From positions 1-15,601 of the forward strand of contig JBNKCR010000069.1 of assembly GCA_050287845.1 (NCBI GenBank): 15,601 bases of DNA, given 5' to 3'. Origin of the DNA: Polyangia bacterium. Its GTDB lineage: Bacteria > Myxococcota_A > Polyangia > JAAYKL01. A model generated the notes under the pieces. It was not told where the DNA came from and did no database searches. It saw only the letters and a program-made list of their open reading frames with translations. A program made the translations under genes and the position numbers. Below are positions 11,867 to 15,601 of this stretch, piece after piece. Within the stretch, counting starts at the first letter, position 1. The number at the start of each line of letters is the position of its first letter.

Positions 11867-11928
11867 AACTAAATTTTTTGCCAAAATGGCCAAATAACAA
11901 ATATCAATAGAGGTACACATTCACGGTA

Positions 11929-12315
11929 CTACTTCAATTCAACAGCAGCACCAGCCTCCTCAAGCTTTTTCTTGGCTTCTTCGGCTTCTTCTTTGGAAAC
12001 GCCTTCCTTCACTGTTTTAGGAGCGCCGTCCACCAATTCTTTGGCGTCTTTCAAGCCAAGGCTTGTCAACTCGCGAATCACTTTAATAACGTTGATTTTC
12101 TTTGCGCCGGCTTCTTTCAGAACGACGTCAAATTCAGTTTTTTCCTCGGCAGCCGCTGCGCCGCCATCTCCGGCTGCTACTGCTGCGCCAGCAACTGCTA
12201 CAGGAGCAGCAGAAACGCCCCATTTGTCTTCAAGCTCTTTTGTCAGTGCGGCAACATCCATCACAGAAAGCCCACTCAAATATTCAATTACTTGTTCACG
12301 AGTAATGTCAGACAT
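11929..12315 (-). CDS. rplL: 50S ribosomal protein L7/L12 (128 aa)
   Basis: [13 protein letters not shown]...[16 protein letters not shown]...[10 protein letters not shown]...[23 protein letters not shown]. Start moved to ATG 12315, with GGGAG (12323-12327) 7 nt upstream. Confidence 0.98.
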   Translation of the reverse strand: MSDITREQVIEYLSGLSVMDVAALTKELEDKWGVSAAPVAVAGAAVAAGDGGAAAAEEKTEFDVVLKEAGAKKINVIKVIRELTSLGLKDAKELVDGAPKTVKEGVSKEEAEEAKKKLEEAGAAVELK

Positions 12316-12389
12316 TATTTTTCTCCCAGTTTCAAGGTTAATCAAACCTAATTGTCAAAAAGTTACAAATCGTTGGAAAATTTCGCCAC

Positions 12390-12911
12390 TTACTCTTCCA
12401 GCTGGCGACGACGAGCATCCAACAGATACACAAAATTAGTGGGCGCAGCCTGCAGCAAACGTACAAAGCCGGTCGCCGGTTCCATGAACGTAGCGAGAAG
12501 GCTTGCAAGAAGCTCGTTTTTGCCTGGCATTTTGGAGAGAGCGATGACACCCTGAGCATCGAGTACATCACCGTCCACAACGGCACACTTCACTTTGAGT
12601 TTGTCGTTTTTCTTTGTAAAATCAACGATGACCTTCGCGGCAGCAGAGGGATCATCGAAAGACCATGCAACAGCGGTGGGCTCTTTCAGATAAGGAAGCA
12701 ATCCGTCATAAAACGACTCTTCCTTCATAGCTATACCCAACAACTTATTCTTGATAACTTTATATTCAACACCAATCTTGCGAAACTCGTCGCGGATGGT
12801 TGTCATGTTTTCTACGTTCACACCGCGAAAATCAGTAAGTACCGCACTGGACATTTTTGAGAAATTATCTTTAATTTCAGATATCTGAGCAGATTTTTGT
12901 TCTTTATTCAT
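12390..12911 (-). CDS. rplJ: 50S ribosomal protein L10
   Basis: MNKEQK...DFRGVNV...YKVIKNKL...LKEPTAVA...LSKMPGKNELLA, 173 aa; lies between rplA and rplL. Confidence 0.97.
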   Translation of the reverse strand: MNKEQKSAQISEIKDNFSKMSSAVLTDFRGVNVENMTTIRDEFRKIGVEYKVIKNKLLGIAMKEESFYDGLLPYLKEPTAVAWSFDDPSAAAKVIVDFTKKNDKLKVKCAVVDGDVLDAQGVIALSKMPGKNELLASLLATFMEPATGFVRLLQAAPTNFVYLLDARRRQLEE

Positions 12912-12920
12912 GCTGCCCTC

Positions 12921-13625
12921 CTAATCTTTTTTCTCTTTAATTACAGCGGGATCGATTTTAATTCCGGGTCCCATAGTAGAAGAAATAGTAATACTCTTCA
13001 TATAGACGCCTTTGGCTGCAGAGGGCTTCGCACGAAAGAGTTCGTTCATTAACACATTGAAATTATCAATCAATTTTTCGACGTCAAAAGAAGCCTTGCC
13101 AATGGGCGCATGTACGATGCCAGCCTTTTCAACGCGATATTGAACTTTACCAGATTTTGCTTCTTTGACAGTTCTGGCCACATCCATTGTCACTGTCCCG
13201 GTTTTGGGATTCGGCATCAATCCCCGTGGACCGAGTATTTTTCCCACTTTACCCACCTGGGCCATCATGGGTGGAATAGCGATGCACGCATCAAAATCAG
13301 TCCACCCACCTTTAATTTTTTCCACCATGTCTTCTCCACCAACAAAATCAGCTCCGGCATCCAACGCTTCTTTTTCTTTTTCGCCACTGGCGAACACCAG
13401 AACGCGTATGGTTTTGCCAAGACCATGAGGCAGGACGACAGCGCCTCTGACCATCTGATCAGCATGTCGAGGATTCACGCCTAACTTGATGGCAACATCA
13501 ATGGATTCATCAAATTTTGCTGAAGTGTTACTTTTTAATCTCGAAAAAGCGTCTTCGACGGAATGAAGAGCATGTTTATCATACTCTTCATAAGCCTTTT
13601 TCAGCCTATTGGATTGTTTTCTCAT
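12921..13625 (-). CDS. rplA: 50S ribosomal protein L1
   Basis: [36 protein letters not shown]...[16 protein letters not shown]...[11 protein letters not shown], 234 aa. Confidence 0.99.
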   Translation of the reverse strand: MRKQSNRLKKAYEEYDKHALHSVEDAFSRLKSNTSAKFDESIDVAIKLGVNPRHADQMVRGAVVLPHGLGKTIRVLVFASGEKEKEALDAGADFVGGEDMVEKIKGGWTDFDACIAIPPMMAQVGKVGKILGPRGLMPNPKTGTVTMDVARTVKEAKSGKVQYRVEKAGIVHAPIGKASFDVEKLIDNFNVLMNELFRAKPSAAKGVYMKSITISSTMGPGIKIDPAVIKEKKD

Positions 13626-13697
13626 AACGGCGATTGCCTCCCATGCGCCCCAATGGCGCGTGGTAAAATTTTTCCCTGTACGTGAGAAAAATGAGTT

Positions 13698-14126
13698 CTA
13701 ACCAACCACTTCGAGCCCCATGGATCGAGCAGTACCTGCAACGCTTCTCATGGCGGCATCAACGTCTGTGGTATTCAAATCAGGAAGTTTAAGCTCTGCT
13801 ATTTTACGAATCTGAGCCTCGGTAATTTTACCAATTTTGTTTTTATTCGGAATTCCGGATCCCTTCTCAATACCAACTTCTTTTAAAAGAAGCCTGGCCA
13901 CCGGGGGAGTTTTTGTAATAAAAGAAAAACTTCTGTCGGCATAAACAGTGATAACAACAGGAATCAGCATATTGTCCTTGGCCTGTTCCTGTGTTTTGGC
14001 GTTAAACGCCTTGCAGAACTCCATAATATTTACGCCATGCTGACCCAACGCCGGTCCGATAGGGGGAGATGGGTTGGCCTTTCCGGCAGGCACTTGAAGT
14101 TTAATTTGTCCAATAATCTTTTTCAT
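13698..14126 (-). CDS. rplK: 50S ribosomal protein L11
   Basis: [38 protein letters not shown]...SFITKTPP...GTARSMG, 142 aa. Confidence 0.99.
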   Translation of the reverse strand: MKKIIGQIKLQVPAGKANPSPPIGPALGQHGVNIMEFCKAFNAKTQEQAKDNMLIPVVITVYADRSFSFITKTPPVARLLLKEVGIEKGSGIPNKNKIGKITEAQIRKIAELKLPDLNTTDVDAAMRSVAGTARSMGLEVVG

Positions 14127-14153
14127 CTCGTTATCTCCGCGAGAAACTCTGTT

Positions 14154-14681
14154 TTACGAGCTCAGTTTCTCGACTTGCGTGTAATCGAGCTCTACGGGAG
14201 TCGCCCGGCCAAAAATACTGACCAGAACGACGACTTTCTGCTTATCAGGCTTCACCGCTTCAACAGTGCCGTTAAAACCACCGAATGCGCCATCTATCAC
14301 CTTCACGCTGTCCCCTTCATCAAAATGCACAATGGGCTTCGGAGTTTCTGCACCCGTTTCCATACGACGAAGTATGTTCTTAATTTCCATTTCAGAAACC
14401 GGTGTCGGGTTCTGATTTCCTACAAAATTGGTCACCTTGGGCGTATTTTTCACCAGATGCCAGGTATCCTCTGACATCTCCATCTCGACGAAAATATAAC
14501 CGGGAAAAAACTTTCTTTCACTGATCCGCTTTTTGCCGCGAACCACTTCCTGGACAGTCTCAGTAGGAACCAGAATATTGCCAAAAAGAGTATCCGCGCC
14601 TTCATTGCGGATTCGCTCTTCCAGCGCCTGTTTCACCTTCTGTTCATATCCAGAATAGGTAATAATGGCGTAATATTTCAT
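14154..14681 (-). CDS. nusG: Transcription termination/antitermination factor NusG
   Basis: YSGYEQKV...KFFPGYIFVEM...VKNTPKVTNFVG (NGN domain) and a KOW domain GDSVKVIDGAFGGFNG...VSIFGRATPVEL; lies between secE and rplK. Confidence 0.99.
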   Translation of the reverse strand: MKYYAIITYSGYEQKVKQALEERIRNEGADTLFGNILVPTETVQEVVRGKKRISERKFFPGYIFVEMEMSEDTWHLVKNTPKVTNFVGNQNPTPVSEMEIKNILRRMETGAETPKPIVHFDEGDSVKVIDGAFGGFNGTVEAVKPDKQKVVVLVSIFGRATPVELDYTQVEKLSS

Positions 14682-14725
14682 GCTCCTATCCTTTCAGCAA
14701 CCAGGTTGCTCTGCCACAATAAATG

Positions 14726-15130
14726 TCAGTAGATAAAACCGGTTACCCATGACCAGAACGCATCAAACGCGCCCAGTATCAATGCTGCAATAACGGACAC
14801 CACTATTACAACTATGGTCGAAGAGGAAAGCTCTTTTTTGGTTGGCCACGTGACTTTGGAAAGTTCAGTGACAATTTCAACAACAAGCTTGTTTACTTGA
14901 GGATTGCGCCACAGGTACAACGCCAGCGCAACTGCAACAGCAGCCCCGGATATAACGGATAGTCCCAGATTGGGTGCCGGAACCTGTACCCACGCCAGAT
15001 TAAGCGATGTCCATACGGTTTGGATAATGTTCGAAAACAACCATCCCCCAATTACTGCGCCTGCCACAAATGTGAGATGAACATATTTCATCAAACCAAA
15101 AGATGTTGCTGTCTGTTTTTCGTCGGCCAT
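14726..15130 (-). CDS. secE: Preprotein translocase subunit SecE, long form with about three hydrophobic segments
   Basis: ELSKVTWPTKKE signature followed by a C-terminal hydrophobic helix; canonical position between tRNA-Trp and nusG; GAGG SD upstream. Confidence 0.95.
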   Translation of the reverse strand: MADEKQTATSFGLMKYVHLTFVAGAVIGGWLFSNIIQTVWTSLNLAWVQVPAPNLGLSVISGAAVAVALALYLWRNPQVNKLVVEIVTELSKVTWPTKKELSSSTIVVIVVSVIAALILGAFDAFWSWVTGFIY

Positions 15131-15154
15131 TCGAGTTCCTCAAAGTAATTATCG

Positions 15155-15228
15155 CAGGCCAGGAGGGACTCGAACCCCCAACATTCGGATTTGGAATCCG
15201 ACGCTCTACCAATTCGAGCTACTGGCCT
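15155..15228 (-). tRNA. tRNA-Trp (anticodon CCA); 3' CCA not encoded
   Basis: Minus strand AGGCCAG-TA-GCTC GAATTGGTA GAGC-G-TCGGA TT CCA AA TCCGA-ATGTT-GGGGG TTCGAGT CCCTC-CTGGCCT-G folds as a full cloverleaf with discriminator G, followed by CGA. Confidence 0.97.
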
Positions 15229-15235
15229 AAAGCTA

Positions 15236-15261
15236 CAGCACCGGCATATATACCGGTGCTG
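15236..15261. other. Strong stem-loop between rpmG and tRNA-Trp
   Basis: Perfect 9-bp inverted repeat CAGCACCGG (15236-15244) / CCGGTGCTG (15253-15261). There is no clear U-tract on the minus strand (followed by TAGCTTT), so its function is uncertain. Confidence 0.6.
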
Positions 15262-15273
15262 CGAATAATTCAA

Positions 15274-15435
15274 CTATTTAGTTTCTCTATGCTCAGTGTG
15301 TTTCCGACACCGCGGACAGTACTTGTTAAAGCTAAGCTTTCCGGGGGTCTTTCTCTTGTTTTTTGTTGTTGTATAATTGCGCTCCGCGCATTCTCTACAA
15401 CCCAACGTGACTATAACTCTATTACCAACGGCCAT
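15274..15435 (-). CDS. rpmG: 50S ribosomal protein L33, zinc-binding (C+) type, 53 aa
   Basis: Manual translation [62 protein letters not shown]; canonical tuf-rpmG-trnW-secE order. Too short for the ORF track. Confidence 0.97.
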   Translation of the reverse strand: MAVGNRVIVTLGCRECAERNYTTTKNKRKTPGKLSFNKYCPRCRKHTEHRETK

Positions 15436-15462
15436 GTGAAGCCTCCCTGAGCCTTAAATAAA

Positions 15463-15601
15463 TTACTCAATGATTTTCGAGACAACACCAGCGCCAACGG
15501 TTCGGCCACCTTCGCGGATAGCGAAGCGCATTCCATCTTCCATGGCTACTGGGTCAATCAGTGTTACTTCCATCGATACTTTGTCACCGGGCATTACCAT
15601 T
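15463..15601 (-). CDS. tuf: Elongation factor Tu, C-terminal 45 codons (enters from the right edge); rif-cluster copy
   Basis: Manual translation [45 protein letters not shown], stop TAA at 15465-15463. Confidence 0.99.
   Translation of the reverse strand, partial: MVMPGDKVSMEVTLIDPVAMEDGMRFAIREGGRTVGAGVVSKIIE

Noticed and set aside
11781..11883. TGGCA repeats as sigma54 -24 elements
   Set aside because: None has TTGC/GC at the required -12 position.
12145..12215. Low-complexity GCA/GCT-rich repeat-like stretch
   Set aside because: It encodes the ordinary Ala/Gly-rich hinge of L7/L12 and is not a tandem repeat or CRISPR array.
12330..12358. Perfect TTGACA upstream of rplL as an internal promoter
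   Set aside because: No acceptable -10 hexamer at 16-18 nt spacing (it reads TTGAAA at 17 nt).
1932..15273. Alternative-frame minus-strand ORFs (1932-2264, 2045-2230, 9119-9430, 12338-12586, 13265-13465, 15000-15212, 15091-15273)
   Set aside because: They are nested in real genes or run across the tRNA, and have no protein-like signatures.
15274..15435. Zinc-ribbon CxxC...CxxC in L33 as a novelty
   Set aside because: The C+ form is the common type at the tuf-rpmG-secE locus.
16..15450. Many plus-strand ORFs (e.g. 2644-3351, 3748-4329, 5287-6198, 11160-11759, 15103-15450)
   Set aside because: All lie antisense to highly conserved essential genes and show no recognisable motifs. They are the expected shadow ORFs from codon bias.

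Overview
This is a conserved housekeeping region encoded entirely on the minus strand: the joined 'rif' and 'str' translation/transcription clusters of a bacterium. Gene order in the direction of transcription (right to left) is tuf (3' end) - rpmG - tRNA-Trp(CCA) - secE - nusG - rplK - rplA - rplJ - rplL - rpoB - rpoC - rpsL - rpsG - fusA - tuf (5' end). Both tuf fragments, rpmG and the tRNA are absent from the ORF track and were read by hand. Protein style and gene order suggest a delta-proteobacterial (Myxococcota/Desulfobacterota-like) organism of moderate GC; this is inference. I see no mobile element, CRISPR array, intein, intron or accessory gene, and I cannot support a new multi-gene system. 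Four points deserve a second look. (1) The str-operon EF-G has an intact GTPase domain but a degenerate domain IV tip, as in recycling-type EF-G2. (2) The rplA-rplJ gap is only 9 nt, leaving no room for an L10 leader. (3) A possibly rearranged L1-binding-like element covers the rplA ribosome-binding site. (4) Several intergenic regions (before rpoB, fusA and tuf) hold competing hairpins.
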